DNA of 64,000 bases, taken from IMG/VR virus record IMGVR_UViG_3300024348_000001, positions 122,055-186,054 of that record; one strand, 5' to 3'. Origin of the DNA: a virus. The notes beneath the pieces were generated by a model that made no database searches, had not been told where the DNA came from, and saw only the letters and a list, made by a program, of their open reading frames with translations. Shown here one piece after another: positions 48,384 through 56,868 of this stretch. The position numbers and the translations under genes are program-made. How positions within the stretch are numbered: the first letter of the stretch is position 1; each line of letters starts with the position of its first letter.

Positions 48384-49979
48384 TTACACCACGGCAGAGC
48401 GTTGTTCTTTTCTGGAAACTGGCCTTGAAATGTCAATAGGCTCAGCCGTTGCATACAACTCAGGTGGCGCGTGTTCATATCGAGCGCTGTCACGTTCTCT
48501 CAAAGCACGTTTCAAGGCTTCAGCTTTACTGCCCTTGCGCGTGTAGTCATATGCCAATGCACCTGTACCCAAACCAGAAGCACCTGCATAAAGCAAATAG
48601 AGAGCAGGCAAACCAGCTAAAACATCGTTAACAGCAGATCCCGTAGACACTCCCGGATATTCGGCTACCTTTTGCGTCAACGTCGAATACAACGAATCTA
48701 AAGCCTGTCCAACTTCAGTCATTGTTGCCGTTGAAGATTTTTTCACGTGAGGATCGTGTGACAACGGCGATGCGTAACTACTTAACAAAGCATCATGAAA
48801 ATCACGTTCGGCTTTTTTTCGTTCATCGTCATGTGTTTTTTTAAGCACAGCATCTGTTAAAAGTTGCGTACCTTTGTAACCACCCAACAACCCACCACCA
48901 CCAGCTAATGCTAGTGTCGAAAGCAGTAATGGGTTGTCCAATATTGATGGCGTACGCTCATTCGTACCGAATAAGTAATTAGACCAACCTTGTTCTCCAG
49001 ATTCTTTAATGCGTTCAACGGGGTACGTAAAATCAAAGTTACGATTAATTTTACTTTTGGGTTTAGGCTTGTTAAACATTTTGCTTAATGCGTAAACACC
49101 ACCAAGACCCGCACCGCCGGCAAGCCCTAACAATGCCGCACGACGAACCATGTCATTTTCATACCACGCTTTGACGCCTGCATCATTTTTTGAAGCTAAA
49201 GTTGGAGTAGGCGCACTACTTGTTCCACTTGTTCCATTTGTTTCACTAGGTTTAGACCCTGTTAGTGCTGCCATTGGCGCACCGATTACGCTGCTAATAT
49301 TTTTTGGTGTTACATTGTTTGTAACGCTTTGTCCCCAAGATTTTAATGTATCAGCAATTGCATTTGTGGCGCTCGTAATAAAAGGAGGCGCCCCTGCGCC
49401 ACGCGGAGGAGGAGGAACGGTTTGTGGCGCAGTTAAACCTGTTGCTGCATTGTTTTGTACATTAGGTGTTACTTGAGTTTTTGGCGGTCCGGGATGACTT
49501 GTCGGTAAATTATCAAGTTCGTGATTGCCGCGAAATGGTGGTTTAAATTCCGGCAATCCTTGCATGTCTGGATTTTTAGCTTTTGCTTCTGCGGCTCTGC
49601 GCAATCTAACGCCTTCATCCGACCAGACGTCAAATATTTTTGGCTTACCGTCAGGTCCCACGCCAGTCCGATCTGCTATTTCCTGTTTTGCTTCTCTTTC
49701 TTCAAACAATTTTTTAATTCTTTGTGCTTCTGCGTTTAAATTGTTTTGGACGTTTAAGCCTGCCGGCCCCAGTAAAACAGCGTTGCCTAATGGATTTTCG
49801 TTGTTTGTTGCAAGTAAAGCTTGCGCAATGTCATAAACCGAAGGATTGGATTGATTGTTGCGTACTGCGGCTCCGTCAAAAATAGGAGGAAAGCTGCCGC
49901 CAACCGCCGGAAAATAAGGATTATCACTTTGTTTCTCAAAAATCTTGCTGAGCAACATTCTAGCCATATCACTGTTCAT
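48384..49979 (-). CDS. Putative internal/ejection protein with three glycine-rich hydrophobic helices
   Basis: AALLGLAGGAGLGG, LALAGGGGLLGG, LYAGASGLGTGALA; K-x-A/S motifs. Confidence 0.5.
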   Translation of the reverse strand: MNSDMARMLLSKIFEKQSDNPYFPAVGGSFPPIFDGAAVRNNQSNPSVYDIAQALLATNNENPLGNAVLLGPAGLNVQNNLNAEAQRIKKLFEEREAKQEIADRTGVGPDGKPKIFDVWSDEGVRLRRAAEAKAKNPDMQGLPEFKPPFRGNHELDNLPTSHPGPPKTQVTPNVQNNAATGLTAPQTVPPPPRGAGAPPFITSATNAIADTLKSWGQSVTNNVTPKNISSVIGAPMAALTGSKPSETNGTSGTSSAPTPTLASKNDAGVKAWYENDMVRRAALLGLAGGAGLGGVYALSKMFNKPKPKSKINRNFDFTYPVERIKESGEQGWSNYLFGTNERTPSILDNPLLLSTLALAGGGGLLGGYKGTQLLTDAVLKKTHDDERKKAERDFHDALLSSYASPLSHDPHVKKSSTATMTEVGQALDSLYSTLTQKVAEYPGVSTGSAVNDVLAGLPALYLLYAGASGLGTGALAYDYTRKGSKAEALKRALRERDSARYEHAPPELYATAEPIDISRPVSRKEQRSAVV

Positions 49980-50359
49980 TTGGGAGCTCCCGGCAAAATC
50001 GACGACATGCTCATATTCATCGGAGCGCCGTCTTCCATGTAAAACTCAGCCCATTCAATATAATGCTTGGGTTCCTTATTCACAAAGCGTTCAACATGTA
50101 AACACTTATACCAACCGTTAATGCAAGCATCGAGGACTTTGACGTACTCTGCGTTCTGCTCAGGAATAGTAACGTCAAATATGCCGTTCTTGACGTCGGC
50201 TACCCTGACGGCTCTTGACTCATATTCTTCATCAGGCATAACAGGCGGCTGAATTCCTCTAAAAGGCAATCCGTCCTGTTCAGCCCTTCCCCAAAACAAT
50301 TGTCTTCCGTCCGCTGTTTTTTTCTGTGTCTGCGCGTATTTCACCAAGCTATGCGGCAC
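49976..50359 (-). CDS. Hypothetical protein
   Basis: 127 aa; N-terminal VKYA; AGGAG RBS. Confidence 0.6.
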   Translation of the reverse strand: MPHSLVKYAQTQKKTADGRQLFWGRAEQDGLPFRGIQPPVMPDEEYESRAVRVADVKNGIFDVTIPEQNAEYVKVLDACINGWYKCLHVERFVNKEPKHYIEWAEFYMEDGAPMNMSMSSILPGAPK

Positions 50360-50373
50360 GGCTCACTCCTAGA

Positions 50374-50811
50374 TTAAAGCATCGGTCTACCACCACGACC
50401 CGAATCCTGTTCTCGATACTGGCGTAAGTTCTTCTCGCGTTCAAGCTGTTTAATTTGCCTGCGGTACTCACTCATTAGTTCTTCGTGCTGAATGTCTTTC
50501 ACAGTATCATCTGTTGGCTCCTGCAACTTGGCTAGTGCTCTTCCACCCAAAGCTCCCACAACAGGAGGTGCCATCAACGCCAAAGGAAGGCCAACGTTCT
50601 GAAGCGCAGTACCAGCGCCAGTTAAAGTAGAACCGCCTAATCCCATCAATGTCTTAAAAATACTGTCTTCGGCTTGCTTAACGCGGCTCTGTGCCGTTTT
50701 AACTTTTTCCAATATTTCGTCCGGTGTCAGCCCTTCCTCGGCGCATTTCTCAAGAAACGCCACTTTGAACTGATCCCTTGGCGACAAATCCTTAATCAAA
50801 TCAGAGATCAT
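50374..50811 (-). CDS. Putative internal protein with glycine-rich hydrophobic segment
   Basis: FKVA, EKCA, VKTA, VKQA, then LMGLGG...VVGALGG. Confidence 0.55.
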   Translation of the reverse strand: MISDLIKDLSPRDQFKVAFLEKCAEEGLTPDEILEKVKTAQSRVKQAEDSIFKTLMGLGGSTLTGAGTALQNVGLPLALMAPPVVGALGGRALAKLQEPTDDTVKDIQHEELMSEYRRQIKQLEREKNLRQYREQDSGRGGRPML

Positions 50812-50850
50812 GATAGTTACCTCGTTCGTGAAAAACTAGATTGTTTGGAA

Positions 50851-52029
50851 TTATAACAACTCAATGGCTGGAGTCTTGGGTGGTTTGTCTGTAGGAACAG
50901 GCGCAGGCATTGTTTTAATCCCGTTGCCTTTAGGACCTTTGCCTCGAATAGCCGGCATTAACTCAAAAGGCGGCGGTACTGGGCCTTTAGGTGCGTTACC
51001 GAACCTTGGATCCATTTTGTCCCCGGCCGGATTAGCCGGCATATTAGGTCTAATAGGAAGCCTTGGATTCATTTTGTCACCGGCAGGATTAACCGGCATA
51101 TTAGGTCTAATAGGAAGCCTTGGATCCATCTGACCACCGCCGTTAAATCCCGGCATCACCACAGCCCCACCCATGCCTCGTTGCGGAAGAAATTGATTTC
51201 TACCTCCATTGAGTCCCGGCATTACTACGGGACCACCCATACCTCGCTGTGGTTGTTTGAAAAAAGGATTATTGCCGCCTAAGCTAAATAACCACGACGG
51301 CAAATCAGACCAACCCTCAGCTTGTTTAGTGTGATGCATTTGTGCGGATAATCTTCCCAAGTCGGCCGCAGTGTGCATATTTAATTCGCCAGATTCTTTT
51401 TCAATTTTTGGCTTTTTAAAATACTTTTCGGTTATCACGTCAAGAGGATGTGTCCCGGCAGGAAATGCTTCGTCCCGTTCCATATAATCAGGTGTTTTTA
51501 AACGTAACAATTCAGCCAACCCTGCCCGTGCTTTGCGTGGGTGTTCCATAGAATAGTAATTTGGCATTGAGCTTTCATTTGTATCATCAATTTGCTTTGC
51601 GGCCATGAGCCTTTTTATAGCTTCGTCTGCGGAATACATACTTGAAGGATCAGCATACTGTTCGCCATAAAACTTAACATCGGCTCCGCGTGCTTTTGCT
51701 GCATCTGCCAATGTTTTAGTCATGTCGATAATGCGCTTTCGGCTCCGATGCAAAGGCCTGTCGTCGTAAGCAGGTCCACCATCCAACCAACGATCATATT
51801 CGTATCCAGTGTCACTTCCGCCATACGCCGACTTCTCAACATTTCGTTTTGTTTTATTTGTTTCTTTAAGCCAAGCATGCATGTCATTGCGTATGTCGTG
51901 AAACTCTTCAGGAATGTCCTTAGTCATTTTTTTGTATTCAGCTGCGTCACTTTTAGCTTTGCGCTTTGGCTCAGTGTCCTTAGCTTGCTTTTGTGCGGTA
52001 AGCATTCCCAATTCAGCAGCAGTAAACAT
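50851..52029 (-). CDS. Leader-tagged cargo protein 5 with a second, internal leader
   Basis: MFTAAELGMLTAQKQA at the start; MHTAADLGRLSAQMHHTKQA internally; C-terminal 19-aa repeats (MxPRLPIRPNMPxNPAGDK). Confidence 0.7.
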   Translation of the reverse strand: MFTAAELGMLTAQKQAKDTEPKRKAKSDAAEYKKMTKDIPEEFHDIRNDMHAWLKETNKTKRNVEKSAYGGSDTGYEYDRWLDGGPAYDDRPLHRSRKRIIDMTKTLADAAKARGADVKFYGEQYADPSSMYSADEAIKRLMAAKQIDDTNESSMPNYYSMEHPRKARAGLAELLRLKTPDYMERDEAFPAGTHPLDVITEKYFKKPKIEKESGELNMHTAADLGRLSAQMHHTKQAEGWSDLPSWLFSLGGNNPFFKQPQRGMGGPVVMPGLNGGRNQFLPQRGMGGAVVMPGFNGGGQMDPRLPIRPNMPVNPAGDKMNPRLPIRPNMPANPAGDKMDPRFGNAPKGPVPPPFELMPAIRGKGPKGNGIKTMPAPVPTDKPPKTPAIELL

Positions 52030-52047
52030 GTTTAACCCCTTAAGCAC

Positions 52048-52494
52048 TTATACAGTTGGCCAAGCTGCAATGCCCCAACACTTAAATACTTCGTTGAGAC
52101 GTCCTGTTGTCTTCCACATTCTGTCCCATTTTATCAAAGTTGCGTGCGCATGTCCTATCTGAACATCGTGCATAAAGACTTTATTGTGTTTGACACCTTT
52201 AACTACGACATAGTGAGACACAGCGTCAGGTTCCCAGCACACTAAGCAAATGACAGGTTTATTGGTGTTACAGAAATGCCTAAGATCGGACACAGTCATC
52301 TCACCGGCCAAGACATTGAGCCCAGAAAGCCTAAGAGCGGCCTCCAACTGCCGTGGATCCGCTCCATCTTGGGGCGTGGCAAACTTTTTTTTAGCTGTCG
52401 GAACATCGAAGTACTTGAGGACACAGGCTACCGCCGCTTCTCCGCAATCATGATCTCCCTTTTGTCGTTCGTCAGGTAATGAGATCATGATCAT
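52048..52494 (-). CDS. Peptidase C39-like cysteine protease
   Basis: QKGDHDCGEAAVACVL (Cys), SHYVVV (His), HD (Asp). Confidence 0.75.
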   Translation of the reverse strand: MIMISLPDERQKGDHDCGEAAVACVLKYFDVPTAKKKFATPQDGADPRQLEAALRLSGLNVLAGEMTVSDLRHFCNTNKPVICLVCWEPDAVSHYVVVKGVKHNKVFMHDVQIGHAHATLIKWDRMWKTTGRLNEVFKCWGIAAWPTV

Positions 52495-52518
52495 TCTCCT
52501 AAAAGTGCATATAAATCA

Positions 52519-53259
52519 TCACAGTGCCCCTACCCAGCGTCCCAACCCGTTCAACACCATGGGAATAAACCGCGGAACACCTTCTTGGATTATACCCGCA
52601 CCCAAAATAGGCTTGTATTTCATTGTCCGCCCGTACTTGAAGGCATATGCCGAGTTGTCCACTAAACACCCAACGTTGAATCCCCACCACAGCGATGATT
52701 TGTTCGCTGCATACATAATACCTGCGTGACTATGAATGTGTCCGATCACCGTGGGCCTCATATTGGCTATAGCACAACGACTAGCGCCCAAAGCTCCCGT
52801 AAATCCTTCTCCGTGTTCAAAGACAATACCGTCTATGATCCACTCGTCTGCCCATTTCCAGCCCACAGGTGCCTCTAGGATGTCATGAAGCTCCTTAAGG
52901 ACTCTCTGGGGCAACCCTGAGTCCAAAGCCTTCCTGAATGGCCTCATGGTGTGATTGGATGTGCATATCTTGGCGACGGGAAACAATTCATAGACATCCC
53001 GTAATTGCTCTACGGCTTTATCTAGTTCGTGACCTGCGGATAATCCATCAGGGTCATGCTTGTACTGAGACAAAGCATGACCATCTATTTCGTCGCCTAA
53101 AAACACGACTTCGTCAAAAGCATGTTTGTTTTTTATGGCCCTGAGAAACGCCGTCGTGTCTTTATGCATGAAAGGACAATGTAAATCACCAACGGCAAGA
53201 ATGGTTTTTTTACTGCGTGCGAGGGGTTGGGCCACGAAACGCCTCCCATATCGGGTCAC
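52519..53259 (-). CDS. Calcineurin-like metallophosphoesterase
   Basis: GDLH, GDEID, SNH, EHG, GHIH motifs. Confidence 0.85.
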   Translation of the reverse strand: MTRYGRRFVAQPLARSKKTILAVGDLHCPFMHKDTTAFLRAIKNKHAFDEVVFLGDEIDGHALSQYKHDPDGLSAGHELDKAVEQLRDVYELFPVAKICTSNHTMRPFRKALDSGLPQRVLKELHDILEAPVGWKWADEWIIDGIVFEHGEGFTGALGASRCAIANMRPTVIGHIHSHAGIMYAANKSSLWWGFNVGCLVDNSAYAFKYGRTMKYKPILGAGIIQEGVPRFIPMVLNGLGRWVGAL

Positions 53260-53654
53260 ATGACGCTGTTCTTTCCCGGAACGACAACGGTTACGGGACG
53301 ACGGCGCACTAAATCCCGACGGGCCGAAGCGTCATCAGGAGATCCTTGTTCGCGCGCCTCTTGCACTAAGTTTTCCATTTTATCAATAAACCGCTGCAAA
53401 TCTTCAATGTTGTCCATAGCCATATAAGAATTGTCGCCGGGATTGTCTCTGAGATGCTTGAGGCCGTTCTTAACCATTTCGCTCATGGCGCTCATTCTGG
53501 CTAAGGCTTCTCTGACAGAAAGGATTTGGTAACTGTTGTCGCGAGAATCTTCTATGCGAATAAGACCACGTTCCGCCCACACCCTGAGATGCCTGTATTG
53601 CGCGAGACCGTGATCAAGATTAGTAAAAAGCATGATTACCTCAATAGGACACAA
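53256..53654 (-). CDS. Hypothetical protein
   Basis: Co-oriented ORF; likely start ATG 53633 behind a GAGG RBS. Confidence 0.55.
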   Translation of the reverse strand: MCPIEVIMLFTNLDHGLAQYRHLRVWAERGLIRIEDSRDNSYQILSVREALARMSAMSEMVKNGLKHLRDNPGDNSYMAMDNIEDLQRFIDKMENLVQEAREQGSPDDASARRDLVRRRPVTVVVPGKNSVM

Positions 53655-54195
53655 CGTTACTCGGGGTGATTGTAGTCGGAGTCATTATTTCAATTCTTGG
53701 GTAAATGTCCATCCCCATGTATTTCTCTGTCTGCAACGTACCAGCGTCTTTCGCCGCACGCCAACGTTTTAACGCTTGTTTCAAACCTTTTTCACCAAAA
53801 GTAGTGCGTGATTTGCCTGCGCCTACTACATCAAAAAACGAACTGTTTACGATATTTGGCGCTAATGGAGCTTCGTGCCGATAATCTCCAGTGCCGGGTG
53901 CCCCAAACATTTCATGATCTGCAAGTGTCGCATACAAGAATGAATTGTTGGGATCTGAAGGGACATTGCGCGCGGCCAGACGCTTGTGCAATTCTTTTTC
54001 AAACCAACGTCTTTTGTCTACGTAAGCTTTTACCTTGTCAGGATCGCTTGCCCACCTGCCTTTTGTGCGGTGTGCAGTCAATTCGTCATATGACAATGGT
54101 TTAAGTTGATCACGTTTGTCACGGGCGTAATGGACCAACGTGTAATCTTCTGCATACTTAGCCGCAAGTTGACCGAGTTCGTGTGCAGTAATCAT
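53641..54195 (-). CDS. Leader-tagged cargo protein 6
   Basis: MITAHELGQLAAKYA; AAGGAG RBS. Confidence 0.7.
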   Translation of the reverse strand: MITAHELGQLAAKYAEDYTLVHYARDKRDQLKPLSYDELTAHRTKGRWASDPDKVKAYVDKRRWFEKELHKRLAARNVPSDPNNSFLYATLADHEMFGAPGTGDYRHEAPLAPNIVNSSFFDVVGAGKSRTTFGEKGLKQALKRWRAAKDAGTLQTEKYMGMDIYPRIEIMTPTTITPSNVVSY

Positions 54196-54210
54196 CACTA
54201 ACTCCTTGTG

Positions 54211-54528
54211 TCAACAATTCCATTTACGCAAAGCCTTGTTAATACGGCTGTCAGGATCATTGGCCGTTTCACTACTTGTCAGCTTACTCTTCATGCCACC
54301 CATTCGTGCACAGAAGCTTGCCTTACGTCCTGCGCGCTCTCCTGTGGGTTTGTCTTCCGTCACAGGAGGTTTAATGTCTTGACCCTGTGCTTTGAGGCTA
54401 GCACGTCCTTTGGCGTTTAAGCCACCTGACTCGCTCTTGCCTTCAGCGCGCGTCCATGCACCTTCAGCAGCTTTGATCAAGTTAGCTGTGTGCTGCGCTG
54501 CAAGTACGCCAAGATCGTGTGCAGTCAT
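54211..54528 (-). CDS. Leader-tagged cargo protein 7, DUF6321-like basic protein
   Basis: MTAHDLGVLAAQHTANLIKAA, then AWTRAEGKSESGGLNAKGRAS...RKASFCARM...SRINKALRKWNC. Confidence 0.7.
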   Translation of the reverse strand: MTAHDLGVLAAQHTANLIKAAEGAWTRAEGKSESGGLNAKGRASLKAQGQDIKPPVTEDKPTGERAGRKASFCARMGGMKSKLTSSETANDPDSRINKALRKWNC

Positions 54529-54549
54529 TGTGAGTCACCCCTTAAGTGC

Positions 54550-55716
54550 TTATACGTTTGTTCCGGGTGCCTGTCTTTGTTTGTTTTGCACCACGGACGA
54601 CAAGATCTGAAGAATGGCTTTTCTTTTAAGTTCAGGATTAGACATGATGGTGGGAAGCAATTGTTGAAATTCGGGGTTTACATTTTTTGGTACGGGCTTA
54701 TCGCCGGGTTCTCTGGCAGGATTATAATGTTGCAACAGTGCTTCGGCGGTAGGGATATCATTTAATGCTTTACCGGGATTGTTTTCAATCCAGTGTCGCC
54801 GCAATTCACTTAAATGTGCACCAAATTCAGTTGGCCTTCCGAAATAATCCACACCATATCCACCGGGTTTGCGTAACTCCTCAGGAAATTTACTTTCATA
54901 TCCTTTGAAGATGTCTGGCAACCCAAAGCTCGGAGTCATCGAAAAATCTTGACCTATACGTGACAAACTGTTACTAGCATTATGGTGCATTGCGTGTGTT
55001 AGCTCGTGTCCAAATGTGCTGCGAATCCAAGGGTCTGACGCCGGCCGATTGATCTTGTTCGGGTTCATCATTATTGCATTGGGATTTCGGCTCCAGCCGT
55101 TGCCGGACTGATTAATCGCTTGATATGCACCTGCGTCCCGCGGATTATTTTTATCAGTAAAACCGCCGTGCGTTCCAGTTTCAATAAATGGCGTTTGACG
55201 GTTTTCCCACGGTCCAACAAAACTGCCACCGCGTACGTCAACGGGGTTGTGTAAGTCTTCAGGTTTCCACGTATGCAATCCTTCTCTCTTAGCGTCGTCT
55301 TGCCACCGTTGAGAATGGTCAATTGCTCCCTGATATCCTCCGGGATACTTGTCATACAAAGGTTTAAAGTAAGCGTAAGGTATGATTTGCGTTTTAAAAT
55401 CACCCGTTGGCGGTCGGAAATAATCATACTGCGGTCTTGCGGCTGCTTGTGCAGCTTCTTGAGCTTTAGCCGATCCACTTGCAAATGGGGTTATGGGTTG
55501 TTTTGGATTACCCTTGGGCAAACCCTTAGTTGCACCAAACGGTTGTTCTGATGATTTAGCGTAAGGATTTGGTTGAGCTTGGGGCTTTTGGTCTTTTGTT
55601 AAATTCATCTCTGGTGGTGTAGGTGTAAACCAAGACCGCACAGCTTCCGTTAAATCCGAAGCGCTTTTAATTCTATGCCTAGCACACAGCATTCCTAATT
55701 CACTTGCAGTAATCAT
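54550..55716 (-). CDS. Leader-tagged cargo protein 8, zincin-like metallopeptidase
   Basis: MITASELGMLCARHRIKSA; FGHELTHAMH, then RPTEFGAHLSE; AAGGAG RBS before ATG 55716. Confidence 0.7.
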   Translation of the reverse strand: MITASELGMLCARHRIKSASDLTEAVRSWFTPTPPEMNLTKDQKPQAQPNPYAKSSEQPFGATKGLPKGNPKQPITPFASGSAKAQEAAQAAARPQYDYFRPPTGDFKTQIIPYAYFKPLYDKYPGGYQGAIDHSQRWQDDAKREGLHTWKPEDLHNPVDVRGGSFVGPWENRQTPFIETGTHGGFTDKNNPRDAGAYQAINQSGNGWSRNPNAIMMNPNKINRPASDPWIRSTFGHELTHAMHHNASNSLSRIGQDFSMTPSFGLPDIFKGYESKFPEELRKPGGYGVDYFGRPTEFGAHLSELRRHWIENNPGKALNDIPTAEALLQHYNPAREPGDKPVPKNVNPEFQQLLPTIMSNPELKRKAILQILSSVVQNKQRQAPGTNV

Positions 55717-55726
55717 CGTTGACTCC

Positions 55727-56824
55727 TTACTGCCCAAAGATTTTAGGAATTACTGCGCCGATAACACCTAATGCCACGTTACCCAATCCAAACTGTGGTG
55801 CCGTATAAGGTGTTCCGACAACTTTGTTCAAAGCATATCCAGCCAAAAATCCTGTTGCGTAATTACCCGCAGCGTTGACTGCTAATTTACCTAATTGATC
55901 TCCTGTGACATATCCCGGAATGCGCCTGTCAGAAGGCATGTGAGACGCAGAATACATAGTCGCCAAAGTACCTGCCATCATTTGAGGACTAGCCCCCGTC
56001 TGCCACAGCGTTCTTCCAAGCGCGTCTACATTGACATCAAAAGGCGTAGGCGTGCGGGGAGAAAACGAAGCAGGTCCAAAAGCATCTTCTTCAAATTCGG
56101 CTATCTTTTCGTGTATTAGATCAAATGACAATTTACCAAACATGCTACCGAACATGCTTTTTTTAGGTTTATCCTCGGGGTAAGACACGGGGAATTCTGT
56201 TTCAGGTTTGAACTTAGAATAATCTATTGGGTCAGCGTGGGGCCAATTGCTAAATAAAGACTTACCTTCCATGAGACTAGGATAAGCCCTTAATAAACCT
56301 GCGGCTCCTGTACCTGTTAAGCCACCCAACATAGCTAGACTTGATGGCAATTCATCGCCATAACCTTCAGGCGCAACAGTTTTGATTAATTTGCCCGCAC
56401 CATAACCTAATCCTGCACCGACTAACCCCGACGTAAGCATCGCAGCTAAGGGATTAGGGTGATTAGGGATGGTGCCAAAATATTTACCGGGAATAAAGTT
56501 AAGGTTCTCAGCTATGGTCTTGAGTGTCTGACTATATGCCACTTTAACCCAAGGCTCGCTGTCTAATTCTTCAAGTGTCAATGGCGTTTCTTTGATGTAA
56601 CCGAAGTCACTTGCAAATTTAAGGGCTCTAATTACATCAGCTTCTGGCGTTTTAGGACTAGCGTGTACTGCAAGCTTCTCAATGACAGGTGAGTAGTAAT
56701 AACCTATGTGCCCTGTGGTTGCGACATCTAACGCCGCAACCTTAAGAAGATCCGCGGCGTCTACACACGGCTCCAACCAATCATCAATGGCGGGAATCAC
56801 ATCTGCCCACGTTTGAGGAATCAT
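55727..56824 (-). CDS. Putative internal/ejection protein with glycine zippers
   Basis: LKVA, EKLA, LKFA, VKVA, EKIA; GLVGAGLGYGAG and LGGLTGTGAAG. Confidence 0.55.
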   Translation of the reverse strand: MIPQTWADVIPAIDDWLEPCVDAADLLKVAALDVATTGHIGYYYSPVIEKLAVHASPKTPEADVIRALKFASDFGYIKETPLTLEELDSEPWVKVAYSQTLKTIAENLNFIPGKYFGTIPNHPNPLAAMLTSGLVGAGLGYGAGKLIKTVAPEGYGDELPSSLAMLGGLTGTGAAGLLRAYPSLMEGKSLFSNWPHADPIDYSKFKPETEFPVSYPEDKPKKSMFGSMFGKLSFDLIHEKIAEFEEDAFGPASFSPRTPTPFDVNVDALGRTLWQTGASPQMMAGTLATMYSASHMPSDRRIPGYVTGDQLGKLAVNAAGNYATGFLAGYALNKVVGTPYTAPQFGLGNVALGVIGAVIPKIFGQ

Positions 56825-56868
56825 GGTTTAATCCTTTGAGTACCGTTCCTTTAAACGCTTATGGACAG

